DNA of 64,000 nucleotides, taken from assembly GCA_036490435.1 (NCBI GenBank), contig DASXDW010000206.1, positions 92 through 64,091 of the forward strand, in the 5' to 3' direction. The notes under the pieces are model-generated. The model ran no database searches. It saw nothing but the letters and a program-made list of their open reading frames with translations, and had not been told where the DNA came from. Source of the stretch: Solirubrobacteraceae bacterium. Its GTDB lineage: Bacteria > Actinomycetota > Thermoleophilia > Solirubrobacterales > Solirubrobacteraceae. Of the stretch, positions 21,577-30,699 are shown piece by piece. The position numbers were made by a program, and so were the translations under genes. How positions within the stretch are numbered: position 1 is the stretch's first letter; each line of letters starts with the position of its first letter.

Positions 21577-22758
21577 ATGACCTTCACCCTCGGCTCCGAC
21601 GCGCCGGAGCGCCCGCACGGCGAGCCCGCCGCTCCGGCCTTGCCCGCCGCGCGGATCGACATCGTCGTCCCGGTCCACAACGAGCAGGCCGCGCTCCAGG
21701 ACTCGATCCGCCGCTTGCACGAGTTCCTCTCGCACGAGATGCCCTACGCCTGGCGGATCGTCATCGCCGACAACGCCAGCACGGATGCCACCCTGGCGAT
21801 GGCGCGGGCGATGGCCTTCCAGCTCGAGCACGTCACCGTGCTGCACCTGAGCGGCAAGGGCCGGGGGCGCGCGCTGCGGACGGCGTGGACGGCCAGCGAC
21901 GCCGACGTTCTCTGCTACATGGACGTCGACCTGTCCACCGACCTGCGGGCGCTGCTCCCGCTCGTCTCGTCGCTGGTGTGCGGGCACAGCGAGGTGGCGA
22001 TCGGCAGCCGTCTGGCGCCCGGGGCCCGGATCGTCCGCGGTCCCAAGCGCGAGATCATCTCGCGTGGCTACAACCTCCTGCTGCGCCACGTTCTACGGGC
22101 GCGCTTCGCCGACGCACAGTGCGGCTTCAAGGCGGTCCGCGCCGACGCGGCCCGCACGCTGCTGCCCCAGATCCAGGACCAGGGCTGGTTCTTTGACACC
22201 GAGCTGCTCATCCTGGCCCAGCGGCGCGGCCTGCGCATCCACGAGGTCGCCGTCGACTGGATCGACGACCCGGACTCCCGGGTCGACATCGTCGCGACGG
22301 CCCTCGCCGACCTGCGCGGCGTGGTGCGGCTTCTCTTCGCCGCGCCCGTGGCGCGCTTTCTGACCATCGGCGTGGCCTCGACCGTCGCCTACGCGATCCT
22401 CTACCTGCTCCTGCGCGCGCCGCTGGGGGCGGGCGGGGCCAACGCGGTGGCGCTGGCGCTGACCGCGGTGGCCAACACCCAGGCCAACCGCCGCTTCACC
22501 TTTCAGATCCGGGGCCGCGCCGGCCTGCTGCGCCAGCACGCCGCCGGCGGCGTGGTCTACCTGATCGCGCTCGGGCTCACCGCGGGGGCGCTCGACGTAC
22601 TGCACGGCATCGACGCACACCCGTCGCGGCTCCTGGAGGTGGCGGTGCTGGTGGCGGCCACCACGGTGGCGACGGTCACGCGATACGTGGCGCTGCGCAG
22701 CTGGGTGTTCGCGCGCCGCCGGCACATGCCAGAGATGATGCGCGCCACCGCCCGCTGA
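21577..22758 (+). CDS. GT2 polyprenol-phosphate glycosyltransferase fused to GtrA flippase domain
   Basis: IVVPVHNE, IADNASTD, YMDVDLS, DAQCGFKA, WFFDTELL; C-term 4 TM with ANRRFTF. Confidence 0.9.
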   Translation: MTFTLGSDAPERPHGEPAAPALPAARIDIVVPVHNEQAALQDSIRRLHEFLSHEMPYAWRIVIADNASTDATLAMARAMAFQLEHVTVLHLSGKGRGRALRTAWTASDADVLCYMDVDLSTDLRALLPLVSSLVCGHSEVAIGSRLAPGARIVRGPKREIISRGYNLLLRHVLRARFADAQCGFKAVRADAARTLLPQIQDQGWFFDTELLILAQRRGLRIHEVAVDWIDDPDSRVDIVATALADLRGVVRLLFAAPVARFLTIGVASTVAYAILYLLLRAPLGAGGANAVALALTAVANTQANRRFTFQIRGRAGLLRQHAAGGVVYLIALGLTAGALDVLHGIDAHPSRLLEVAVLVAATTVATVTRYVALRSWVFARRRHMPEMMRATAR

Positions 22759-22795
22759 CTCCCTCGGCGTCCGGCGCGCCGTTGACAATGCGCCG

Positions 22796-23260
22796 ATGCC
22801 CGAGAACGCCGCCGGCTTGGTCTACGGGATCATCCTGGTGGCCACGCTGCTGTCGGCCGAGAGCGCCGTCCGGGAGACGTATCCCAAGACGGTGGTCGGC
22901 GTGCTGGTCGCGACGGCCACCTACTGGCTCGCCCTCACCTACGCCCGCTTCACCGGCGAGCGGCTCGAGGAGGGAACGGGGGCCACCGTCGGGGGCCTGA
23001 TGACCGCCGCCGCGCATGAGCTGACCATCCTCGTCGGAGCTCTGGTGCCCTTCCTCACGCTCATCGCCTTCTGGATCGGCGGCGCGTCGCTGGACACCGC
23101 GGTCCTCGCGGCGATCCTCTTCGCCGACGCCGCCATCATCGGTGCGGAGATCCTCATCGGCGTCCGGGCGGGACTGACCGGAATGGCGCTCATCGGGCAG
23201 GCCGCTATCGGCGCGGTGCTTGGCGTTCTCGTCCTCGCCCTCCGCCTCCTACTGCACTAG
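22796..23260 (+). CDS. Hypothetical membrane protein
   Basis: VYGIILV start, about 5 TM segments. Confidence 0.65.
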   Translation: MPENAAGLVYGIILVATLLSAESAVRETYPKTVVGVLVATATYWLALTYARFTGERLEEGTGATVGGLMTAAAHELTILVGALVPFLTLIAFWIGGASLDTAVLAAILFADAAIIGAEILIGVRAGLTGMALIGQAAIGAVLGVLVLALRLLLH

Positions 23261-24071
23261 CCACCACGAACACCACCGCGGCAACGGCGCCGGCGATACC
23301 CAGGATCACCGCGTCCGAGCGCAGCCCCGAGAGAAACGCGTCCCACACGGCCCCCGCGGCGCTGCGGTCCTGGCCGACGGCAAAGCGGCTGAGGACCACG
23401 GGGCGGATCACCGTGTACCCCGCCACCAGCAGGATGCCGTCGACCAGGATGGCGATCCCGACGTAGGCGGCGGCGCGCCGCCGCTCCCCGGCCTGCACGA
23501 TCGCGATGAGGAACACCACCCCGGCGGCGATGAGCAGGAGGATCCCCTCGGTGTGCGCACGCTCGATCGCCCGCGCGGCGCGTGTCGCCTGCCCGAAGTC
23601 GCCGCTGGAGATGTTGATCACCTCCCGCGAGAGCGACGGCGGGATCTGCGCCGCGAGGCTCGGCGACACGCGCTTCACCGCGTCGACGATCAGCGCGCCC
23701 ACGTTGGCCAGCCGCAGCGTGACGGTGTCGGAGTCCGAGTCGAACACCGACGTGTGCAGGTCGGCGATGGCGGCGTTGAAGGCGCGCTGGAACGCCGTGG
23801 TGCGAACAGCGACATCGACGGCCTTCGTGACCAGCGGCGCGAACGCGTCCGGCACATGGGCGGACGCGATGGCCTGCTCCTGCACGCGTTGCTCGATGAG
23901 CGAGCGGATGCTCGGGTCGTTCAGCAGCGCGGTGGCGCGCGCGCTGAACTGGCTGGAGTTGCCCAGCACGTGGCCGGCATACGTGAGGGGCACGCCGACC
24001 AGCACGGCGATCGCCCCGATGCAGGCGAGCGCCGCGCTCAGACGGCGTCGGGTGTTGACGGGAGCGCGCAC
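23205..24071 (-). CDS. Hypothetical membrane protein
   Basis: N-term TM, helical soluble domain, 3 C-term TMs. Confidence 0.65.
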   Translation of the reverse strand: MRAPVNTRRRLSAALACIGAIAVLVGVPLTYAGHVLGNSSQFSARATALLNDPSIRSLIEQRVQEQAIASAHVPDAFAPLVTKAVDVAVRTTAFQRAFNAAIADLHTSVFDSDSDTVTLRLANVGALIVDAVKRVSPSLAAQIPPSLSREVINISSGDFGQATRAARAIERAHTEGILLLIAAGVVFLIAIVQAGERRRAAAYVGIAILVDGILLVAGYTVIRPVVLSRFAVGQDRSAAGAVWDAFLSGLRSDAVILGIAGAVAAVVFVVASAVGGGGRGRERQAPRR

Positions 24072-24128
24072 GGACTCGGATCATCGAGTGTGCCCGATGG
24101 CCCGGCTCGGGGCGCCCCCGCCCACCAC

Positions 24129-24863
24129 CTACGACAACGAGACCTCCACGGTCCGGGCCTCGACGCCGCGCACCACGCTCAGCGTCAGCGTCCCGTTCGC
24201 GCTGCGTACCGCGCGCTCCAGGTCGCCGACCGAGCGCACCGGCCTGTCGCTCGCCGCGGTGATCAGGTCTCCGCGGGAGAGCCCAGCGGTATCGGCCGCG
24301 CTCCCGGACTTCACCCGTATGACGAGCAGGCCGGGCTCCTCGTCCAAACCGACGGCCCGGCGCATCTTCTTGGCCACGGCGGCACCGGCGACGGCCACTC
24401 CGAGGCGACGGTGCTCGCCCTCGCCGGGCTCAAAGAACGCCTGCCACGCCGTCAGGGCCTCGCCGAGCGAGCCCGCGGTCCCTTCGGGCAGGCCGCCGGC
24501 CAGCCGCGCCGCGCGATCGGTGTAGGCGGGCCGGACGCGCTGCGCCAGTTCGCGCCCACGGTCGGTGAGCGTCACGGTGACGCTGCGACGGTTCTCGGGG
24601 TCAGGCTCACGGGTGATCATCCGGGCGCGCTCCAGCCGGCCCAGGCGGACCGAGAGTGTTCCGGACGTGCGCCGCAGGGCGCTGACCAGCTCGCGCTGGT
24701 TCAGGGTGTGGTTCGCGGCGCGCTCGAGCGCGTCGAGAACGAGGAAGCTGGGACGGGAGAGCCGGTACTCGGCCAGCGCCTCCTCGAGCTCCGCCTCCAC
24801 GTGCGCGGCGACGCTGATGACGGTGTCGGCCAGCTGCCGCTCGGGAGTAAGGGAATCAGACAT
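24129..24863 (-). CDS. MarR-family regulator fused to a C-terminal PDZ domain
   Basis: MarR wHTH (LSRPSFLVL...TSGTLSVRLGRLERARMITREPDPENRRSVTVTLTDRG) then PDZ (RLGVAV...GLLVIRVKSGSAADTAGLSRGDLITA...TLSVVRG). Confidence 0.88.
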   Translation of the reverse strand: MSDSLTPERQLADTVISVAAHVEAELEEALAEYRLSRPSFLVLDALERAANHTLNQRELVSALRRTSGTLSVRLGRLERARMITREPDPENRRSVTVTLTDRGRELAQRVRPAYTDRAARLAGGLPEGTAGSLGEALTAWQAFFEPGEGEHRRLGVAVAGAAVAKKMRRAVGLDEEPGLLVIRVKSGSAADTAGLSRGDLITAASDRPVRSVGDLERAVRSANGTLTLSVVRGVEARTVEVSLS

Positions 24864-24878
24864 TTTGCTTCGCTCCAA

Positions 24879-24907
24879 TTGCTTGAGTCCAAACAGTTGT
24901 GTACGAT
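24879..24907 (+). promoter_or_regulatory. Sigma70-type promoter for leaderless protease gene
   Basis: TTGCTT-N17-TACGAT, 6 nt before ATG 24914. Confidence 0.6.
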
Positions 24908-24913
24908 TATTGC

Positions 24914-25933
24914 ATGTCAAGCAGAAACGGAACAGTTCTTCCTGTCGACAGCGGGAGCGGTGCCTCCGCAACGCCGACGCTCGACGCCCATCAGCAGTCG
25001 GCTCTCGCCCTCGACGCCTACTCACAGACCGTCATCGCCGTCGCTGACGCGCTGAGCCCGAGCGTCGCCAACCTCCAGGTGCAGCGCCGCACCCGCCGCG
25101 GCCCGGCCACCGGCGCCGGCAGCGGCGTCGCCATCTCCCCCGACGGGTTCGTCATCACCTCGGCCCATGTCGTGGAGGGCACCCGACAGGGCGTGGCCAG
25201 CTTCAACGACGGCCGCGAGACGCCGGTGTCCGTGGTCGGCTCGGACCCTCTGTCGGACCTGGCGGTCCTGCGCGCCGACGGCGGCGACCTCGCCGCCGCC
25301 GAGCTCGGTAACGCCGCCGAGCTGCGCGTCGGCCAGCTCGTCGTCGCCATCGGCAACCCCAACGGCTTTGCCAGCTCGGTCACCGCGGGCGTCGTCAGCG
25401 GCCTCGGCCGCTCGCTCCCCGTCGGCGCCCGCGGCGGGCCGCGTCGCGTGGTGGAGAACGTGATCCAGACCGACGCCGCCCTGAATCCCGGCAACTCGGG
25501 CGGGGCGCTCGTGGACGGGGCGGGACGGGTCGTGGGGATCAACACCGCGCTGGCCGGCATCGGGCTGGGCCTGGCCGTGCCCATCAACGACGCCACGCGC
25601 GTGATCATCTCGACGCTCATCCGCGACGGGCGCGTGCGCCGCGCCCACCTCGGCGTGGCCGTCGCCCCCCGGCCCCTGCCGCCACGAGCCGCCGAACGGC
25701 TGGGGCAGCGCGCCGGCGTGCAGGTGGTGCAGGTCATCGAGGACGGCCCCGCGGCGGCCGCCGGTCTGCGGCGCGGCGACCTGCTGCTCGAGCTCGACTC
25801 CGAGCCGGTGACCGATGCCTCTGACCTGCAGCGACTGATGGTTGGAGAGCGCATCGGGCGCACGGTTCCCGCGATCGTGCTCCGCGACGGCCAGCAGCGC
25901 ACGATCGAGCTGGTGCTCGACGAGTTGTCCTAG
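24914..25933 (+). CDS. HtrA/DegS-like S1C serine protease with one PDZ domain, no signal peptide
   Basis: Triad TSAHVV / DLAVL / IQTDAALNPGNSGG; C-term PDZ. Confidence 0.92.
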   Translation: MSSRNGTVLPVDSGSGASATPTLDAHQQSALALDAYSQTVIAVADALSPSVANLQVQRRTRRGPATGAGSGVAISPDGFVITSAHVVEGTRQGVASFNDGRETPVSVVGSDPLSDLAVLRADGGDLAAAELGNAAELRVGQLVVAIGNPNGFASSVTAGVVSGLGRSLPVGARGGPRRVVENVIQTDAALNPGNSGGALVDGAGRVVGINTALAGIGLGLAVPINDATRVIISTLIRDGRVRRAHLGVAVAPRPLPPRAAERLGQRAGVQVVQVIEDGPAAAAGLRRGDLLLELDSEPVTDASDLQRLMVGERIGRTVPAIVLRDGQQRTIELVLDELS

Positions 25934-26004
25934 CGTCCTGAAGCAGTCATTCGATACCGGTCGAATGAGTGCTTCAGGACAACTTGCGCTCTACCCTGTG
26001 GCCC

Positions 26005-28767
26005 ATGCGAGCTCCTGCGGCGGTAGGCCGCGACGCCGAGCTGGCCGAAGTCGACCTATTCCTCGCTCAGATGAGCGCGGCCAGCTGCGCGCTCGCGCTC
26101 GAGGGCGATGCGGGGATCGGCAAGACCACGATCTGGCAAGAGGTCATCGACCGCGCGGGTGGCGCCGGCATGCTCGTGCTCGCCTGTCGTCCGGCCGCGG
26201 CTGAGGCCAAGCTGTCGTTCTCGGGGTTGTCGGACATGCTGACGGGCGTCGGGGAGCTGGCCTTCGCCGCGCTCCCCGAGCTGCAGCGCAGCGCACTGGA
26301 GGTCGCGCTGCTGCGCGCGGCGCCCGAGGGCCCGGCTCTCGACGCTCGGGTTGTCGCCACCGCGCTGCTGACGCTGGTGCGCGACCTGGCCCGCCACAGC
26401 CCGGTGCTGCTGGCGCTCGACGATGCCCAATGGCTGGACGGGCCCACGGCGGGCGTGGTCACCTTCGCCGTCCGGCGCCTGGAGGCAGAGCCGGTGGGCG
26501 TGCTATGCGCAGCGCGGCCCCGCGCCGCCGGGTTGGGGCTGCTGGACTCCGTCGAGCGCCACCGCGTCCGGCGCGTCCGGCTGGGCCCGCTCGGCCTGGG
26601 GGCGCTCGGTCAGGTCATCGCCGACCGGCTGGGACGCTCGCTGCCGCGACCCGTCCTGGCCCGCGTCGCCCAGGCGTCGCGCGGAAACCCGTTCTACGCC
26701 TTGGAGGTGGCGCGGCTGGTCATCGACGACGCCGGCGGCACCGACGCCCGCCTGCCGGTCCCCGACGACGTGCGCACCCTGGCGGAGTCGCGCGTGTCCG
26801 TGCTGCCCGCCGCGACCCAGCGCGCCCTCCTGCGGGCCGCAGTCCTGGCTGAGCCCACGACACGTGCGGTCGACGCCGGGCCGCTCGCGCCCGCCGAGGA
26901 GCGCGGCATCGTCAGGATCGACGAGCGCGGACGCATCGCCTTCGTGCACCCGCTGTTCGCGGCCGCGATCTCGGCGTCGGCGTCGGCCGCCCAGCGCCGG
27001 GCGGCGCATCGCGCCGCCGCCGAGCAGGTCGGGGACCCCGAGCAGCGGGCCCGCCATCTCGCCTACAGTGCCGACCGCGTCGACCGCACCGTCGCGGCCG
27101 AGCTCGACGCCGCAGCCGAGCTGGCGGCGTCACGCGGCGCGCCCGACGCGGCCGCGGAGCTCATTGAACTCGCACTGGAACGCACCCCCGCTCGTGACGC
27201 CGAGCCGCGGGCCGAGCGCCTGCTGCGCGCGGCGGGCCTGCAGCTGGACGCCGGCGGCGCCGCCCGGGCCGGCGAGCTGCTGGCACGGCTGCTGGACTCG
27301 GCGACGTCCGATCGCGTGCGCGCGCACGGCCTGCGCCTGCGCGCGACCCTGGAGAGCCGCTCCCACGGCTTTGGCACGGCGATCGCGACCTCGCGCGAGG
27401 CGCTCCTCTGCGCGACGGGAGAACCATCCCTGGCGGCCGCCATCGATCTGGACGCCGCCTTTTACCTGGTGGGCATTGGCGACGTCGGCGGCGGGCTGCG
27501 TCATGCCGAGGCCGCCGTCGGTCGCGCCGAGCTGCCGGGCGGCGACCGTGGGGTCCTTGCCGATGCGCTCGCGGTGGCTTCGATGGTCAGCTTCCTCAAC
27601 GGAGACGGCCTGGCCAGCGAGCGGCTGGAGCGGGCCCTGCGGCTGGAGGACCCTGACCGGCGGCGGCTGGCCTTCTCCTCCCCCCGGCTGATCGCGGGCC
27701 TGTTGCTGTTGTGGACCGGGCGCGGGCGTGAGGCGGTGGACACACTCGTGGCCCTGCGCGCCGAGCACCGTGAGCGCGGCGTGGAGAGCGACGCCCCCAC
27801 CTCCGCGCTGTACCTGGCGTGGGCCTACCTGTGGCTGGGCGAGACCGACCACGCCGCCGAGGTCGCGGCGTCAGACACCGCCGCCGCCGCGCTGCTGGGC
27901 GACCCGGGTCTGGACGCGCTGGCACTGAGCGCGGCCGCACTGGTCAGCGCGCAGCGGGGCGATGTCGAGGCCACGCGCCGGCAGGCCAACTCCGCGCTGG
28001 CGCGCCTCGCCGAGCTCGAATGGTGGACGGCCACGGTGTTCCCGCGCTGGGCGCTGGGGTTCGGCGAGCTCTCGGCGGGGGACCCGGCGGCTGCCCATGC
28101 GGCACTGGCGCCGCTCACGGAGATGCTGCCGTCGATGGGGCTGGCCGATCCCATCGGCCTCGTCTTCTTGCCCGACGAGATCGAGGCGCTCGTCGCGCTC
28201 GGCGAGCTGGAGCGCGCCCAGCCGCTGATCGAGCTGCTGCGGCGCCTGGGGATGGTCCACGACCGGCCGTGGGCGATCGCCGCCGCCGCGCGGGGCCGCG
28301 GCGTCCTGGCCGCGGCGCGCGGCGACCTGGAGGAGGCGACCGCCGCGCTGGAGGAGGCGCTCACCGCTCATGACCGGGTGGAGATGCCATTCGAGCGCGG
28401 ACGCACCCTGCTCGCGCTGGGCCGGACGCTGCGCCGGCGCAAGCAGTGGTCAGCCGCGCGCGAGCGCCTCCGCGAGGCGCTGGAGCTGTTTGTGCAGACC
28501 GGCGCCCCGCTGTGGGCCCAGGCGGCGCGCCAGGAAGTGGGCCGCGCCGGCGAGCGCAGTGGCGACCCCGACGAGCTGACCGCCACCGAGCGCCGCGTCG
28601 CCGAACTGGCCGCCTCGGGCCTGAGCAACCAAGAGGTCGCAGAGCGCGCGTTCCTCACGGTCAAGGGCGTCGAGGCCAACCTCACGCGCGCCTACCGCAA
28701 ACTCGGGATCCGCTCGCGTGGCGGACTGTCCGGAGCGCTGCCCCGTGATGACGAGCCGGTGGTCTGA
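26005..28767 (+). CDS. LAL-family (AAA ATPase-TPR-LuxR) regulator
   Basis: GDAGIGKT Walker A, LDDAQWLD, GNPFYALE, C-term LTATERRVAELAASGLSNQEVA..YRKLGIRSR. Confidence 0.93.
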   Translation: MRAPAAVGRDAELAEVDLFLAQMSAASCALALEGDAGIGKTTIWQEVIDRAGGAGMLVLACRPAAAEAKLSFSGLSDMLTGVGELAFAALPELQRSALEVALLRAAPEGPALDARVVATALLTLVRDLARHSPVLLALDDAQWLDGPTAGVVTFAVRRLEAEPVGVLCAARPRAAGLGLLDSVERHRVRRVRLGPLGLGALGQVIADRLGRSLPRPVLARVAQASRGNPFYALEVARLVIDDAGGTDARLPVPDDVRTLAESRVSVLPAATQRALLRAAVLAEPTTRAVDAGPLAPAEERGIVRIDERGRIAFVHPLFAAAISASASAAQRRAAHRAAAEQVGDPEQRARHLAYSADRVDRTVAAELDAAAELAASRGAPDAAAELIELALERTPARDAEPRAERLLRAAGLQLDAGGAARAGELLARLLDSATSDRVRAHGLRLRATLESRSHGFGTAIATSREALLCATGEPSLAAAIDLDAAFYLVGIGDVGGGLRHAEAAVGRAELPGGDRGVLADALAVASMVSFLNGDGLASERLERALRLEDPDRRRLAFSSPRLIAGLLLLWTGRGREAVDTLVALRAEHRERGVESDAPTSALYLAWAYLWLGETDHAAEVAASDTAAAALLGDPGLDALALSAAALVSAQRGDVEATRRQANSALARLAELEWWTATVFPRWALGFGELSAGDPAAAHAALAPLTEMLPSMGLADPIGLVFLPDEIEALVALGELERAQPLIELLRRLGMVHDRPWAIAAAARGRGVLAAARGDLEEATAALEEALTAHDRVEMPFERGRTLLALGRTLRRRKQWSAARERLREALELFVQTGAPLWAQAARQEVGRAGERSGDPDELTATERRVAELAASGLSNQEVAERAFLTVKGVEANLTRAYRKLGIRSRGGLSGALPRDDEPVV

Positions 28768-28788
28768 CCTCACACCGTTTTTTTGCTC

Positions 28789-28832
28789 CTAGGGTTTCCC
28801 CGCTTTGCAGGGGCCCGATCGCCCCGTACCTT
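28789..28832 (+). promoter_or_regulatory. Possible LuxR-type box and -10 element downstream of the LAL gene
   Basis: CTAGGGTTTCCCCG (28789-28802) and TACCTT (28827-28832). Confidence 0.4.
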
Positions 28833-28839
28833 CCAACAC

Positions 28840-29003
28840 CAGCGGTTCTGGACACCGTGGCGCAGCTCCGGGGGATCTTCGCCGCAGTCGTCTCGGGTCA
28901 CCCTCCTCGTCGGGACCGGGCTAACTACCGGGGGCTAGCCGGTGCGAAGAGGGTGACCCGAGACGGGACCGGCTCCAGCACGGGGGCGTGTGGAGCCGGT
29001 TCC
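28840..29003. ncRNA. Candidate structured small RNA (two long hairpins)
   Basis: Perfect 17-bp stem 28889-28905/28949-28965 with inner stem; second stem 28968-28977/28991-29000; CGGGGG three times. Confidence 0.4.
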
Positions 29004-29019
29004 GCGCGCGCTCAGTGGC

Positions 29020-30609
29020 TCATGCGGTCGCCGACGCGGCCTCCGAGCCCGCCTGGGCCGGCTCGCGCCCGCTGATGAGGTCGGCGGCGCGCTCGGCGAT
29101 CATGATCGTCGGTGCGTTGGTGTTGCCGCGTACCAGCGTCGGCATCACTGAGGCGTCCACGACGCGCAGCGATTCCATCCCCAACACCCGCAGCTCGTCG
29201 TCGACGACGCGGCCCATCCCGCACGTTCCCACCGGGTGGTAGATCGTCGTGGTGTTGCGCTCGATGTAGCTCAGGATGCTGGCGTCGTCGTCGCCCGCTG
29301 GAGCGGAGTGGGTGCCGGTGCTGACGGCCGCGAGCGCCGGCTGTGAGGCGATGTCGACGGCACGGCGCACACCCTTGATCAGCGCGGCCTTGTCCTCCGG
29401 TGTGACCAGGTAGTTGTGCAGAATCCGCGGTTTGGCCGTCGGCACCCGGGAGCGCAGCTTGACAAAGCCGGTGCTCGTGGGGCGCAGCAGGCACGCCGAG
29501 ATCGCCCAGCCGTCGACCAGGATCTCCGCCGTTCCCGCCTCCGGGAAGAGGATCGGGATGTGATGGAACTGGATGTCGGGCGCCTGAAGCGCGTCGTCGG
29601 TGCGGAAGAAACCGCCCGACTCGGCGAAGTTGGAGGTCAGCGGGCCGCGTCCCTCGGTGGTGAGCAGCCCCAGGTTCTCCTCGCTCTCGGCGCTGAGCAG
29701 CGACGCCTCGTTGGTGGTGTAGGTGATCCACGTCGACGGGTGGTCCTGCAGCCCCTGGCCGACGGGGAGGTCCAGCCTGCACGGAACGTTGACCATCGCC
29801 AGATCCGCGGCGGGACCGATGCCCGACAGGAGGAGGATCTGCGGGCTCTGGTAGGTGCCCGCTGAGAGGATGACCTCGCGCTCGGCAGAGATCGCCCCCA
29901 CCTCGCCCTCGCGGTCGATCTCGACGCCCGTGGCCCGATTGCCGTCCATCAGCACGCGGTTGACGTGGACGCCGGTGATGAGCGTGAGGTTCTCGCGGCC
30001 CAGCACCGGGTGCAGGTAGCCGACCGCGGCCGAGCAGCGCATCCCGCCCCGCTGCGTCACCTGATACCAGCCCACCCCGTCCTGCTGCGGACCGTTGAAG
30101 TCGTCGTTGGCGGGCAGTCCGGCCTGGACGCCGGCCTCGACGAAGGCCTCGCAGGTGCGGTAGCGGCTGCGGTTCTCGCTGACGCCGAGCGGCCCGCCGA
30201 CGCCGTGCAGCGCGCCGGCTCCGCGCTCGTTGTCCTCCGCGCGCAGGAAGTAGGGGAGCACGTCGTCCCAGCCCCAGCCCTTGTGCCCCAGGGCGGCCCA
30301 GCCGTCGTAGTCGGCGCGGTTGCCGCGGATGTAGACCATCGCGTTGACCGACGAGGAGCCGCCCAGGGTCCGGCCGCGCGGCAGGTAGCGCTGCCGGCCG
30401 GCCATGCCGGGCTCGGGGTCGGAGATGAACGACCAGTCGTACTTGCTGGTCGCCACCGCCAGGACGCCCGCCGGCAGATGAAGCTCGTCGGCGGCGTCGG
30501 GCGGGCCCGCCTCCAGCAGGCACACGGAGACGGTCGGGTCCTCGGTGAGGCGTGCGGCCAGCACACAGCCGGCCGAGCCGGCACCGGCGATCACGTAGTC
30601 ATAGGTCAT
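29020..30609 (-). CDS. GMC oxidoreductase (choline dehydrogenase-like)
   Basis: [48 protein letters not shown]; SD GGAGG. Confidence 0.94.
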   Translation of the reverse strand: MTYDYVIAGAGSAGCVLAARLTEDPTVSVCLLEAGPPDAADELHLPAGVLAVATSKYDWSFISDPEPGMAGRQRYLPRGRTLGGSSSVNAMVYIRGNRADYDGWAALGHKGWGWDDVLPYFLRAEDNERGAGALHGVGGPLGVSENRSRYRTCEAFVEAGVQAGLPANDDFNGPQQDGVGWYQVTQRGGMRCSAAVGYLHPVLGRENLTLITGVHVNRVLMDGNRATGVEIDREGEVGAISAEREVILSAGTYQSPQILLLSGIGPAADLAMVNVPCRLDLPVGQGLQDHPSTWITYTTNEASLLSAESEENLGLLTTEGRGPLTSNFAESGGFFRTDDALQAPDIQFHHIPILFPEAGTAEILVDGWAISACLLRPTSTGFVKLRSRVPTAKPRILHNYLVTPEDKAALIKGVRRAVDIASQPALAAVSTGTHSAPAGDDDASILSYIERNTTTIYHPVGTCGMGRVVDDELRVLGMESLRVVDASVMPTLVRGNTNAPTIMIAERAADLISGREPAQAGSEAASATA

Positions 30610-30654
30610 TGGTCGCCCTCCCAGAAGGCGTGGGGGTCGCACCCATTCTCGGCG

Positions 30655-30673
30655 TGACGGCATCGCGCCGTCA
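30655..30673. promoter_or_regulatory. Palindrome over the -35 of the GMC gene promoter
   Basis: TGACGGC-N5-GCCGTCA within minus-strand TTGACG-N18-GAGAAT. Confidence 0.4.
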
Positions 30674-30699
30674 AGTCACGGCCGTGAGGCCCGCAGCGC

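Noticed and set aside
23220-25055. 611-aa plus-strand ORF and many similar long antisense or alternate-frame ORFs (e.g. 58512-60242, 40487-42037, 29012-30523)
   Set aside because: Shadow ORFs typical of high-GC DNA; Arg/Pro/Gly-rich, no motifs, overlapping well-supported genes
28857-29075. 72-aa ORF after the LAL gene
   Set aside because: No SD, overlaps the GMC 3' end, better explained by RNA hairpins
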